A stretch of DNA of 64,000 nucleotides from Balanoglossus misakiensis (lineage: Eukaryota; Animalia; Hemichordata). Every line of letters starts with the position of its first letter. The first letter of the stretch is position 1. Position numbers and translations under genes: made by a program. This document shows, piece by piece, positions 1 through 12,204 of this stretch. The stretch is from positions 7,980,317 to 8,044,316 of the forward strand of contig CM082595.2 of assembly GCA_040954595.2 (NCBI GenBank). The letters run 5' to 3'. Under the pieces are notes generated by a model. It did not search any database. It worked only from the letters and a program-made list of their open reading frames with translations, and was not told the DNA's origin.

Positions 1-308
1 CATTAAAGAATCAATAGCTTTTGGCAGTTTTTACAGTTGAGAATCATAAAAATTAAGAATGGAAGAAAACAGCCTCATCCAAAGGCTGTTTTCTTGCAGC
101 CTGATGTGAAGTACATATTTCCATGGCTTGCATGGATATCGATGATGAAGATGCAGATTTGTCATTTTTGTTTCAAAGTGATTTCACAAAAGCAAAGTTT
201 GAAGTCGACGAGATTTTTCATGAGAAGTTTACTGCTTATGGATGCGCACTCACCAAATTTCAATGTGAAATGTAGAACTTATATTTTACAGAGGAAGATC
301 AGAAATTA

Positions 309-412
309 ACACCGATTCACTGTGTTTGAGCAGACTGGAACAATTTTAGTTTCATAAAATCACTGATTCACTGTGTTTGAGCAGACTGGAACAATTTTAG
401 TTTCATAAAATC
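309..412. repeat. Two-copy tandem duplication, ~51-bp unit
   Basis: gattcactgtgtttgagcagactggaacaattttagtttcataaaatc occurs twice back to back. Confidence 0.85.
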
Positions 413-482
413 ATTAAAATATTGAAAAAAGGCAGCTATTAGAGGCTTTTATACAACATTTATACTGAGAGTAATCAAGTAC

Positions 483-656
483 CTGATCATCAGCAAGCAA
501 CTTCAGATACTGATCGAATGTAGACCTTGGAAACTTGAGTTCTTTGGGCAAAGCTGCATAGATTTCATGGCTTGACATTGGTGTTGTGAGCAAGGCCTTT
601 GGGTCTGTAGTCACTTCACTGATGCGTAGCATTGTCCGTACAACTTCCCCTGCTAT
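483..656 (-). CDS. POLR3C: POLR3C coding exon 7 (gene continues past the window edge)
   Basis: caatAG|IAGEVVRTMLRISEVTT...FDQYLKLLADDQ|GTACTT; 174 nt, phase 0. Confidence 0.96.
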
Positions 657-789
657 CTATTGTGTAAGAAGAGAAATCAATGGCTCTCATAATACAATGT
701 ATACAGCAAAATTTGTCGACAAGCGGGATGGAAGGTGTGTGTGGTCCACCGTTGATTCACTATATATCCACATGTAGAATATCACAAAC

Positions 790-1040
790 GGTGTCTTGTA
801 TCAAACATAATAAGTGGAAAAATGGACAGCCAGAGAGACACTTTGTCCCAATTGTTGGATTTCAGTGATTTGTCGTGCATTTCATTTTATTCTGAGAGCA
901 TGTTGAAATACTTGGAATTTGTTGTGCAAACACCAACCGTAAATGTAATTGCCTATGTCATTGTTGGGAAATATAGTATTGAATTCAGTTACAAGTACAT
1001 GTATCAGTGTTTTTGTCTGAGATATTTCTGGTAAAAAGGG
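790..1040 (+). mobile_element. Fragment of a dispersed non-autonomous repeat family
   Basis: 850-1035 aligns by eye with 29415-29595, and 790-850 with 11015-11072. Confidence 0.7.
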
Positions 1041-2673
1041 AAAAATAGAATCTCACACCCCCAAGGATCTGGGATCGTATTTCTCACACTCGTAGGGGAT
1101 ATTTTTGTTAAGAAAGGGAAATTAATTCATTTAAGCATTCTAGCATTTTCCTTCAGTTGGCTGCCTATCTGTCCTTTGAAAATAAACAATCGCACGAAAA
1201 AACTGTTTCATGGCAGTTCCAAAATAATCTGCGCTCCTGTTAGAAATTAGCAATGTTTTTTGTCAATCAACAGGTACTTCGTAAAGCTTGTGCAATCAAT
1301 CTGTCAACATCCATGATTTATCACCAAAGTTTGTTTAACCACCCCCCTCATACACTTTTTAAGGTTCCAGCTTGCAGGTCGAACAGGCATAAACATTCAG
1401 CTTTTAAATGATATTTGGCTGGCTTCTAGCTGTATTGTCTCACTTGTGGCGTTGTCACTGATACGATACTTAGGGGTTATTACACGAATTTTGGTAGATT
1501 ACGTGTCGTATTAACCCCTTTATCATACATGAAATTTGAACCAGGCCCCTGGGATCACGGCCGCAGCCTATAGCCAAGTGAGACAGGGCGATGCGATCAG
1601 GTGATCAATGTGTAGGCCGTAGTATTATTCTAAGGGGGTTGGCAGCTTTCATTACGATGGGCACATCCCCATTCTAAATAAAATTGTCCAGTACGTTCTG
1701 TTTCAAAATATCATGTTAACAATTATTTCACATTGAGAATTCTGCAGAAGTAAAAATGATACATTCAACATGGCAAAACCGCCAGCTTTGAAAACTTTAT
1801 TACAGCTTCTAATAACCGAATTTTACAACACCCCTCTCCACTAGAGTTCTATGCCCCGTATGTCGCTCGCGCGCACAGCGAACTGTCGCGCCGATCACTG
1901 AGTCATGCTGTGTGATGATTTCAGCCCGTTCTCAAAAATACTTCGCGACACGGACGTTATATTTCACTCGATGAAATACCGTACATCTTCAATGCGAGAA
2001 CAATAGAAAGTGCCAAATACAGGCGTTGCATATATGATAATTATGAAATGTCCTTCATTCATTAAGGTGATGGGGAGGGGGGTTAAAGATCAATTCGTTT
2101 AGTGAACCTTACTTTCACACTTATTTTAGTTACTACAATTTTCCGTTTGTTTTTATTAAAGCAAAAACAAAGAATCAAGCAGCATTTGGCCTCTCACTTT
2201 CGTAGTTACCTTATTCTTATTCGATTTGATTGATTTACTCCAATAATCTGACTGATGCATGAAATCAGAGGCAAACATTACTCAACATCTATAGCCAAAC
2301 TGCAACATTGTTCATTATTTCAGATGTCAACAGTAAGTTTTTTTACACTTTTGAACTTTCATAACATAACACATTAAAACACGGTAATTACATGTAAATG
2401 TTAATCCGAGTTGACATCAATGCTTTTACGGTAATCAAATGATTTTAATTTGTTACATGCTAAAAGAATTTCTTGTACCAAACAGATTTTTTTTATAAAA
2501 TCATAACTTTCGCCATGTAGTCACCATATCACATCTGACTGGTACAACCCACTGAGATTGAAATGCCCACCACCCCCATAATCTCTGAATGTTGAAAAAT
2601 TCATATTGTTTTCACTCCTCAGACAGATTAAACCACAGCTAAATGGGGATGAACATGTCAAATGATGACTCAC

Positions 2674-2778
2674 TTTATCTACTCTTGCAGCTACAGCTTC
2701 AATGACAATCTGATCACGGATGTGTTGATGGAATCTCTCATGATTGACCGACCAGTAGATACCATTATCTGCAGCAAC
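2674..2778 (-). CDS. POLR3C: POLR3C coding exon 6
   Basis: ctccAG|VAADNGIYWSVNHERFHQHIRDQIVIEAVAARVDK|GTGAGT; 105 nt; conserved GIYW..N..RFHQH.RDQ motif. Confidence 0.96.
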
Positions 2779-4633
2779 CTGGAGGCAGAAAATAACCACA
2801 TGATGGTTTAACAGTGACAATACTTCCAAGACACCCTCATACATTGATAGGCAAAAGTAAATAGCTAAACATTTTATTTGTGTCACTGGTGTTTGATTAA
2901 CAGCATTGTCTCATTCTCGTGAACCAGAGCCATCAATTTCCACTCGGGGAAAAGAAGGCTCTGGTATATTATGCAGGGAAAGTCTCTATTTAAGACAGTC
3001 TTCGGACTGAGCGCAAAGTGGGCATGTCTATTATCACTCATTAAGTATTCAAAAAGGCTGACAACTTTCTCGAGTGTCCAGAAAATTATGGGTGTTAAAC
3101 AAAAATTACAAGTAGCAGTGTGTCCAACACGTAAAATATCCAGCGAGCTAAGCTTTTAACAAAGCTGACATTTAATTATCTTACTCGCTGTGTCATATCC
3201 AAAAACCGACAAAAATTTTTACAAAAATTAACTTGAATTTACCAGCCCGCTGCAAATTGCAGGGCGATACCTATGGAATTGACCAAAATTTGACAGATCA
3301 TGGTTCCTAAAAATGGTTTAGATGCAATATATGCACACATTCAGCAAGCAGCGAAACCTGCAGATTCCCAGACGATAGGCTCTGACTAACAAACCTCAAG
3401 CAAATGACAAGAAAACCGTAATATCTCAATGACTTTCAGTCTGCGACTAATGACCCCAAAATGCTATGAACTTGTGAATACACCAACCAGTGGGTGTTAT
3501 TTAGTGCACGTGATATGCTAAATAGCGTTACTATTTCTATGACGCCATGGTAACGTAAACAACATGCGTCAATCTCCCGCCAAGAAAGGCCTGCAGCCTC
3601 CACACTTAATTGCTCAAAATTTATTCATTACATCCAAGTTTGTAGTAAATAAATATCTGAATTTTTATATGTCAAGAAAAGGGCATTGGTATCCTTGTGT
3701 CAAAGACTGACCCATGTGATTACAATACACACATGAGGGGTAATTCTGCGTGGTTAATCGCGGTTCTTACAGAAGTCAGAGGAAGGAAATATGCGTTTTT
3801 GTTCCACATGAATCTTTTTTTCACGGTTGGGGTCTATTTTCGCTGATTGTGGGATACATGATAACTACAAGCATTTCCCTTGAAATTGGTGATAAATTCA
3901 CAAAACCGTTGACAAATGACATGGTGCATGCATCCACACGAGGTATCAGTGTTCGATCGGTGTGATTACGAAATAACAACATGTATCGTAAGTATTTTGG
4001 GCACTGCGGACGATTGCATCTGATAAATGATTGATTGAAGGCCCACAAACATTCATAACCAAAATATCAACAAACCACGTTTTATGCCTCACTTCATGTG
4101 ACTGGATATTTTTATAGAGGCTTAGCACAAGCAAAAATAGGTTCGTACATTGTGTGATAGCTGTAAGGACGCGTATAATCTATTATAGTGCAAGTCTACT
4201 TGAAATTCCCCTGACTGGTTCAACAGTCTTTGTGATCGGCTGAGCCCTAGAATCCACTGAAGTCTGTGGATAAAAAGTGGACTTGAGCACATGCATTTAC
4301 ATGAAAACCAGGACCAGTCTCAGACTGCATTCCGGGAAAACAGGGAGTCACAGTTTGTGATCCCATATTGTACTTTTAGGAGCTGTACATACAAGTACCT
4401 GACGTGTTTAGCAGACTCAACCTCTTCTCAAACAACGGAGTGCTCTTAGAGTTTGGCTTCTGCATTCACACATGAGAACTTGACTGACTGCATTATGACA
4501 CAGCTGGATATAAAATATTTTCCGGTGGATTTTTCAATTCACATACCTTTCATCTGTATACACTTGACAGAGAGTGAGTTCTTACCTGACGTAAGCTCTG
4601 TTATCTTTTTTGGCTTATATCCTCATACAATAA

Positions 4634-4971
4634 AGCCCTAAAAGTTGCCACATTTAGCATATTTTTAATGATACTAAAGTATACCAATCTTTTTATCTTT
4701 CCCCAATAGACTATACTATTTTGCATTTGTGGAGATTTCAATACCCATGTGCACATACCAAGATAGTTGTGTACTCTTGCAATGGGCAGCCAAATAAACA
4801 GGTGTGTCACCCCTTTATTATTTAACTTGTTCATATTTAAATATACAGCCTTAATAATCAGAGGTCGATAATTTGTCTGTATACCCACCAGTAAGCTCAA
4901 TTAAATGGACCAATCTCAATTTGAAAGTAAAATCATTAAAATAAATGCAAAAAAAAGGCACTATTAGGGCT
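4634..4971. mobile_element. MITE at a (A/T)TAA site, Kolobok-like
   Basis: Ends agccctaaaagttgcc...ggcactattagggct|ttaa. Related termini occur at ~430-450, ~10717 and ~57686. Confidence 0.65.
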
Positions 4972-4994
4972 TTAACTCAATTAACAGGTCTTAC

Positions 4995-5098
4995 CTCACC
5001 AAAGTCCTCAGACATTGTTGAATCGGTTCTTTGTCGTTTGGTCCGCTGCCTAACTTCTTCATCTATTGATCGTTTCCTTTTGTGGGTTTGAGATTGAC
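4995..5098 (-). CDS. POLR3C: POLR3C coding exon 5 (basic NLS-like linker)
   Basis: ttctatAG|(G)QSQTHKRKRSIDEEVRQRTKRQRTDSTMSEDFGE|GTAAGA; 104 nt, phase 1 to 0. Confidence 0.9.
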
Positions 5099-5792
5099 CT
5101 ATAGAAATATATGATTTCGTTAAAATTATAAAATTGAATCAAACTATAGATGCAGTGATAGAATTAGGGTCAGATTCAAGTTCCACATCCCTGTTATAAA
5201 TATCTTCAGTATGTCAAGTGTTCTATGCCGGGGGTGTTGCTGAGTTCAACAGTTGATTGAAATTATTATCCCCCCAAAAAAGGAAGTTTCTTCCGCCTGC
5301 CCAAAGTAGGCAGATGTGGAAGAAGGTTTCCCTACCCACTGTCAGAACTTTTTGAGATCTGAAGGATGAGTGTTTAAAGCGGCATATGTTCTCACAACTG
5401 AATATGTTTCCTAATTAAACAATTCTGAGCAGAGCCAAAAGTTCCATTGTTTTGTCCCTTCTTTTCACCCAATTTGCTGTATTTTCCCAATCTCTGAACA
5501 AACTATGGTCGCTGCCATCTTGTCTGTTGTTAGGACATCACACTGCCTTATGGCATTGACTGTATACAATTTTTGTATCCACGATCTTTGGTTTGGCACA
5601 TGCGCATAAGATGATCATCACCCCATAACATACCACGCAAGTTTATTGACAACTGCCATGTTGTATATGAGGCAGACAATGTTATAACACACCATGCAGT
5701 GAACCCTCAATCATGATTCGTCAATAGGACGTCACGTGACCTTAGTCATATCGAACTGTTCCCCAGGGCATCAGTTTGATCGGTTTGGTGTG

Positions 5793-5976
5793 TTATAAAA
5801 CACACGATGACTGACATATTCAGGTAACAGTGTATTTTTTATTACCTCGGGACTGCCAGTCACACCAAAACAGCCTGTTTTCCCTCGGGCTATGCCCTCG
5901 AGAAAACAAGACTGTTTTAGTTGTGACTAGCAGCGCCCTAAGTCATCAAAATACACTGTCAGTCATCATGTGTATA
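5793..5976. mobile_element. Fold-back palindromic element
   Basis: Arms acacacgatgactgaca / tgtcagtcatcatgtgt and agtcacaccaaaacag / ctgttttagttgtgact around the centre ctcgggctatgccctcgag. Confidence 0.75.
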
Positions 5977-6871
5977 CTGATCAACCTCGCAAGGTGTCTG
6001 GGATCATGTCACCCGAGTGATCGAAACAGCACATCTCCCTGACTACTGAATGACATATGAAACCAGAGAGGAGGATATATTTTGTGGCAATCTACATATA
6101 ATCCTAATTGGTCGTTGGCTCACAAAGAGAAATCAGCAAACAAAGAGAAGTCGGCTGTACATGTAGTCAAAGTATCGGGTTGGGAGTTGAGTATTAAAAG
6201 TCCCAGTACCAGTATAAAATCTATGCAGGAAATCACAGCACAGACGATGTTTCAACAAAAAAATTCGCTAAAACACCTTTTATTCATTCACGAATATCGC
6301 AAATTTACCCAGCAAAGTGATTTGCTACATGTATATGTTGGTTTACTGAAGTGTAAACATCAAGTTTGGGACGCAAACATTTTGGCAAAACCTTATATAC
6401 ATGCATGTAGATACAGCAGATCAAACTATTTCATATTATAGACATAATTAAAAGCATGTGTGGGATTATTTTAAACTTAATTACTTAAGTAGATGACTAC
6501 CCAGATACAGTGCGTGGTTTTCAAATTCCATAGCCTTACATGTAGAATTTGAAAATAACAGTGTTACACAGTGTTAAAATTTTGTCATTTTCTTGAAATG
6601 TTCACAAAAGTTGCCAAAAGATGTGTATTATTAAATGATATAAAGAAAACACTATGTCACCACAGATATTTTCACCACAGGAAAACCATAGCATTAGGAG
6701 TGCAGGAAAAATGCATTTTCCACAAAATTTGAGCCCCCCCCCCCCCTCCCCCAACTGGAAAAGTAGCACAGGAACACTCTTCATATTTGGTTTTAACATT
6801 CATTGATAAACAAAATATATAAATATCAGGAAAATGACAATATTCTAACTTTTGAGTAATGAAACTCTTAC

Positions 6872-7051
6872 CTCCTTCCATCATGCACATTGGTATTTCA
6901 TACAAATCTTTTTCACTGATATCCAAGTCTGGCAATGGTGATTGGCTGGATCCACTATCCACAGGTAGATTTGCAATTCTTTGAACAAAGTGAGTGTTCA
7001 CCAAGTCAATGAACTTGTCCCTCACAAAGCTCTCTTCAATTTTATTATTAT
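6872..7051 (-). CDS. POLR3C: POLR3C coding exon 4
   Basis: tttccAG|(D)NNKIEESFVRDKFIDLVNTHFVQRIANLP...DLYEIPMCMMEG|GTAAGA; 180 nt, phase 1 to 1. Confidence 0.92.
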
Positions 7052-7147
7052 CTGGAAATATTGACAGAACAATTAGTCAGGAGTTGATTGCAAGCAACTT
7101 GCAAAACAAATTCTACATAGAAAATATTCATATTAATATTAGAAATA

Positions 7148-7939
7148 CCGTAAATTCTCGCAATTAAGCGCCACCCATGATTAGGCGCCAGTGATACCTG
7201 ACTTTGCTACTTTTTACTTAAAATTAAGCGCCAGGAATTTTTTTGAGGTGTGTGGACTTACGTGAATCACGGGGCTTGCTGCGTGAATAATAATGGACCT
7301 GAACAGACAATGCTTTCTTTGGGCTGATGTGCTATTTATTTACACGATGAAATCGGGCACATGTCAACCTCCTAATTTATGTAAATTATTATTCACTGCA
7401 AAAGACACCACCCAAGTTTGACCATATGGCCAGGGCTTTGAAATAATAGGACTAGTTTCAAGTTGTGAATGTTTGCGGTATTAATTTTCTCATGAGTATT
7501 CACGCAACCTTGCCTGACCTTACATGTGTGAGAGCATGATGACAAAGACGCACTTGGACTAAACCACTATACGTCAGTAGATTTTGTTGATGTTTCAGCC
7601 AGCATACTGTAATGCTGCTCGTAGTATTCACTTCGTTGACAACTTTTTATTTCTGGAATATTTATTAGACAATACATTGAACTGACTGTATTTGAATAGA
7701 AAATGTTAAAACTTTACATATGAATTTGAAACAGCCATTCATTCACTGCGGACAACCCCCTTACGAGAAAACTGATTGGAACGTCCCAAATCATTTGCAT
7801 ATGAATCAACAGGGTACAGTATACAGGGCGATCAATGAATAAGCGCCACCGATTTTTGAAAAGGCAAATTTCTGCCTTTGTTTAGGCGCCACCAAAATTT
7901 GAAATGGTTAAAAAATGGCGCTTAATTGCGAGAATTTAC
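7148..7939. mobile_element. Tc1/mariner/pogo-type MITE
   Basis: TA|ccgtaaattctcgcaattaagcgcc ... ggcgcttaattgcgagaatttac|TA; internal (a/t)(a/g)gcgcca repeats. Confidence 0.8.
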
Positions 7940-7953
7940 TAAAATCACTTTAA

Positions 7954-8038
7954 CCCTTTCACGAACATGGTTCAGTCCAAACTCATTGTTTTCTATGGTA
8001 AGGATGGACCTCTACATATAGAACTGGGGGTGAAAGGG
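7954..8038. mobile_element. 85-bp piggyBac-like MITE
   Basis: TTAA|ccctttcac...gtgaaaggg|TTAA. Confidence 0.8.
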
Positions 8039-8630
8039 TTAAAGAGCATTTTAAGAACAATTTAAAGTAAATCAAGTAAACATATGTTTTCTGATTGGCT
8101 GAGATGTAACCTTTGACACATATTAATATTCATGTGATTTCCTTTTTTGACTATCTGGCCAACTATTCGGGACTTAAAGTCGGGACGTAAATACAAGTTT
8201 CAAACTATAACATTGCCGCTTGTGCACTCATAGGATATGTTGAGAAGATTAACTCTATGCATTGAGCTTTAAATGGCTGACTGAGATCACACTTTAACAT
8301 CAGAAAACAGCAGAAAAGCTTTTGTAAACATGCATGGACAAGCATCAAAAGGTGTCAGATGTATAATAATGTTATCATTACAAGACATATGTTGCATTAT
8401 AATATACCTCATGCTAATTCGTCACGTGATAGGAAAATAGAATCGACTATGAATCCCTCTAGGGAAATAGCAGAAAAAATATAAACCGGTCACGTGACCA
8501 GCGTGAGTGTGCAGACTCGGTCTCCTCAATCACAGTCGCGTCGTCTGACACAATGGCCACCGCTGAAGATGTCGTCTGCCAACCTCAAGAGAAAATTGCA
8601 AGATTTTCCCAACTGTTAGCATGAGGTTTA

Positions 8631-8839
8631 TTATAAAACACCTATAGCCTGGCCTATATTCGGGCCATAGCAGCCGTTTTTACCCCCTCGTGACTGTGAG
8701 TTACCAGAAACATATATAGGCTATTTCCTTCGGCCTACGGCCTCGGGAAATAGCATATGATTCTGGTAACTCACAGCCCCTCCGGTGTAATAAACGGCTG
8801 CTATGGCCCTCATGGCCAGGCAATAGGTGTTCACTATAA
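8631..8839. mobile_element. Fold-back palindromic element
   Basis: Long imperfect hairpin (gggccatagcagccgtt / aacggctgctatggccc; ctgtgagttaccagaa / ttctggtaactcacag) centred on cttcggcctacggcctcgg. Confidence 0.8.
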
Positions 8840-8882
8840 AGTGCCCCTTTATGGCACAAAATAGAAAGAGCAGCTGTAATAC

Positions 8883-9016
8883 CTGCTATGACTTCATTCA
8901 GTCTTTCAGTGACTTTATGAATTGCTGCACTCATCAGCATCCGTCCATTCTGCAAGAGTTCCTCCACAATGATCTCTCCAGCATCTCCAAAAAGAGTCTT
9001 AGTACAGAAGATATAC
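8883..9016 (-). CDS. POLR3C: POLR3C coding exon 3
   Basis: tttttcAG|YIFCTKTLFGDAGEIIVEELLQNGRMLMSAAIHKVTERLNEVIA|GTATTA; 134 nt, phase 2 to 1. Confidence 0.95.
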
Positions 9017-9711
9017 CTGAAAAAGCACAAATTTCCACAGGGGCATGAGATGCATTTATTACGGTCACTTATACTTTGTTGAGGAACTGTGGTAATCAAA
9101 ACAACTCACATAAGCACTGTTGCCAAAATGCATTCTCTTCAAGGAGCACATACTTATTCACAAAATACAGGAATTTATGTCCTTGTATATCGTATGCTTC
9201 AGTATTGTCATTGGCACTGCATGTCTCTGACAATACTTCCACTGCACGATGTGTGAAGATATAAATCTCAGTATTTTGTGAATAGCCTTATTATTACACA
9301 CCCTTTGTGAACGACCTTGATGAAGCGATACAGGAGAACTTTCTAGTTTTCAAACACCCTAAAATTTGTTTGCTACATCATGAAGACATTTGCATATTGA
9401 ACAGGCCATTACTTAGCACATCAGCTGATGCTGCGCTGCCAACATCTATACTCTGAGCTTGTTGTGGTACTTCGGAAACTATTTTGTAAATGGATTTATC
9501 TCCAGTTTTTTTTTTACAAACATGACACTGAAGCCCAGAAAATGTTTGATATGCTGAGGATGAGTCCAATGACCCAGGTATTTTTCTACTCTGTGTCCTC
9601 ATTTGCATTGGTATTGTATTCTGATACCAAGAATTATTGTAATTTATGGGACTCCATAGGTTACAGCAGTTGGTGTGGTACCTATGTTATGCATTAGTAC
9701 TGAACTGTTGT

Positions 9712-10062
9712 TTACCAATAATATGACAGAACCCCATGGCTCGATCGTGCAAGCACGGCGTAACGGTAGTATTTGCATCGAGTGTCTGGCGGTGTATTCT
9801 TGCGCCCGTCCCCTGCACTCGCTGTCGCTCGTGCGGGGGGCAGCAAGAATACACCGCCAGCACGAGTGCAAATACTACTTTGAAAAAAAAGACCGAAAAT
9901 GAAAGAAATGAGACCGCGGAATGATATTGCTTGTTTCGTGAACAGGCCACTCATTTGCATACAGGTATGGCATAATGTTTTTGGTATTGCACTGAGTGCA
10001 AATATCGATGTTACGCACGCGCTCGGTGCAAGTAATCGACGGTACATATGTAATAAATGGTT
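9712..10062. mobile_element. GC-rich palindromic non-autonomous element
   Basis: Internal hairpin 9766-9878 (gtagtatttgca..ctggcggtgtattcttgc / gcaagaatacaccgccag..tgcaaatactac). The outer limits are approximate. Confidence 0.65.
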
Positions 10063-10128
10063 GTATGTAGAGATAAAAGTTCTTTCATTTATACAGAAAT
10101 GACCATGTCAAGAAATATGGGCTTTTAA

Positions 10129-10435
10129 CCCTAACGCTGCCAAGTCAGTTAAAACTGGTGTGATTTCCAGGGTGCCTAGAATCCTGGGCTCCCCGGCCTG
10201 TTAGACTGCCAAGTGTGTGTTATTATGTAGGGCCTATACAAGAACCTAAGACCAATACAGTACAAACCACTATGATTTGGTACATTTTACAGGGGGCTCA
10301 GACTGCCAAGTGTGTCCAAGTACGTATGAGAGCAATGTCAAGACAGTCAATATACGTTTTAGAAGAAAATGTGGCAAATACGTATTTTAAGGGACTTTGC
10401 ACTCTAAACAGGTTTGACACCCAGTAGCATTAGGG
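10129..10435. mobile_element. piggyBac-like MITE
   Basis: TTAA|ccctaacgctgc...gtagcattaggg|TTAA; internal agactgccaagtgtgt repeats. Confidence 0.75.
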
Positions 10436-10566
10436 TTAATCCAACAGTGTCACCATTGTGAGTAGCAGTGTGCGGTGGAAGAAAACCTTTGCCTTACAAG
10501 AATAAGAAACATGAACTTGATGAAGAAAATATGGGAGTGTCACATCACTGATAATGAATGGCTTAC

Positions 10567-10688
10567 TTTGGGTTTCTTGTATGTAGGAGTATCTTCTTCA
10601 CTTCAGCTTGATATTCAACAATACCACGTTTATTGATTAAACACTTCACTATGTTATGTTGAATCAGCACACACAAAGCTTTCCTAAT
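10567..10688 (-). CDS. POLR3C: POLR3C coding exon 2
   Basis: ttcttgcAG|IRKALCVLIQHNIVKCLINKRGIVEYQAEVKKILLHTRNP(K)|GTAAGC; 122 nt; matches recalled vertebrate VKKALCVLVQHNLV...KRGVVEYEA. Absent from the ORF track. Confidence 0.95.
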
Positions 10689-10716
10689 CTGCAAGAAATA
10701 AAACCATCCCTCAATA

Positions 10717-11075
10717 TTAAAGCCTCTAAAGCTGCCATTTGTTGCATTATTGTCATGATTGTATTTTCCAACTTAAATTGGTCCATTTAAATAAGCATAC
10801 TGATAGGTATACATGAACACCTTATCGATACCCGATCGTGACTGCATGTTGTAATTTGAACACGCTATGTATTAAAACTGTGCCGCATCGACTTAATCAG
10901 CCTCCATACAAACAGTATGCAGCTATCGTGGTATGTGTAAAAATGCAAGTAATATGACTTAATGGTGAGGATTTTTTAGGGAATTCGGCGCACTTAACCT
11001 TGACATATATAAAGGGTGTCTTGTATCAAACATAATTAATGAAAAAAGAGCAGCAAGAGAGAGACTTTGTCCCTT
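10717..11075 (+). mobile_element. Dispersed MITE family fragment
   Basis: Aligns by eye with 57686-57885; starts ttaa|agcctctaaagctgcc. Confidence 0.7.
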
Positions 11076-11637
11076 TTAAATCTGGACTGGTGGAATGCAT
11101 TTGTCAACAAAAGCAATGACCGGTACACATACACATGACTTGTTGACATGTGGAAAATTTTATGTGTTGGGAAAGAATGAGAAGGTGAACAAGAAAATAT
11201 AGCCAAACGCAAAACAAAAATATTGAAAAATTGCTAGAAGTTACAGAGACAGTGTAATATTTTCCATGTAATTAGCCCTAACTTCACTATATAATCTTAC
11301 ACCCACTCAACATGGGTCAGTGTATGTGAGTGACCTCAGTGGGTGCTGGCCACATCACAGCTCCCTGCAGCAAAGGGTATAAGGCTTTTTGGAAAAGTGG
11401 CATGGCTAGATGTTAATTTTGGAAGCAGACAACACACGTCTGTAAACCAAACACATTAGAATACACATGCTTGGAAACACTAGATCACTCTGACACATGA
11501 TGACAGGCATGCTACCCACCTAGCCTAGCTAAATTGTAGCCCTGGTGGGTTGGTTGATCGCTGACGGGGGGCTTGATCGCTCCTGCGTACAGTGTGTTCA
11601 CGGCGTCACACGGCCTCCACCACACACAGACCTCTAC

Positions 11638-11737
11638 CCTAGCTCTGTGTGGCAGGGCTGTGTTGTTACGGCGAGCTCTCCACCCACAGCCCTGGAGGGC
11701 TCGCCGTAACAACACAGCCCTGCCACACAGAGCTAGG
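11638..11737. repeat. 45-bp near-perfect inverted repeat (hairpin) within a probable MITE (~11520-11975)
   Basis: Arms 11638-11682 and 11693-11737 differ at one position; 10-nt loop. The flank resembles the reverse complement of ~63550-63590. Confidence 0.9.
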
Positions 11738-12057
11738 CTGTTCCCCCACCCAACACAAAGTTAAGCTGACAGCTCCTCACACAACCCTCTGTAGCTGCGG
11801 GTCCATAGCCCTAACACTCCCCTCGCTGTAGCGCTGTACGCAGGGTTACCCTCGCTGTAGGTTGGTATCCCCCAACAACCAAGCTGCAATGGTTTCCGCT
11901 AGGTCATTGTAGGTTGACTGTTCGCACCGAACACACCAGTCAACCTAGCAACACCCGATTCAATCATTGCAGCTATGAATGATGGGGAGAGTGTCTAAGA
12001 TTTTACATCGTCCCTTCCACTGTTCCAGTATCCAGGTTTCGAAGACTCTCGTCTTAC

Positions 12058-12204
12058 CTGATCAACCTTTATGGCAGTATCCAGAGCGATCACTCTTAAC
12101 GGTCGAGCACCATTTTCTATCAAATAAGTACCAACGTTTTCGACTATTTCGCCATAATGTTCGCGTAACAGCAATGCGGCAAGCTTTAATTGAACACAGG
12201 ACAT
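12058..12204 (-). CDS. POLR3C: RNA polymerase III subunit RPC3/RPC62, coding exon 1
   Basis: ATG at 12204; MSCVQLKLAALLLREHYGEIVENVGTYLIENGARPLRVIALDTAIKVDQ; donor cag|GTAAGA; 147 nt, phase 0. An acceptor (tttcaatgcAG, 12231-12230) implies an upstream non-coding exon. Resembles the POLR3C N-terminus as recalled. Confidence 0.93.
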
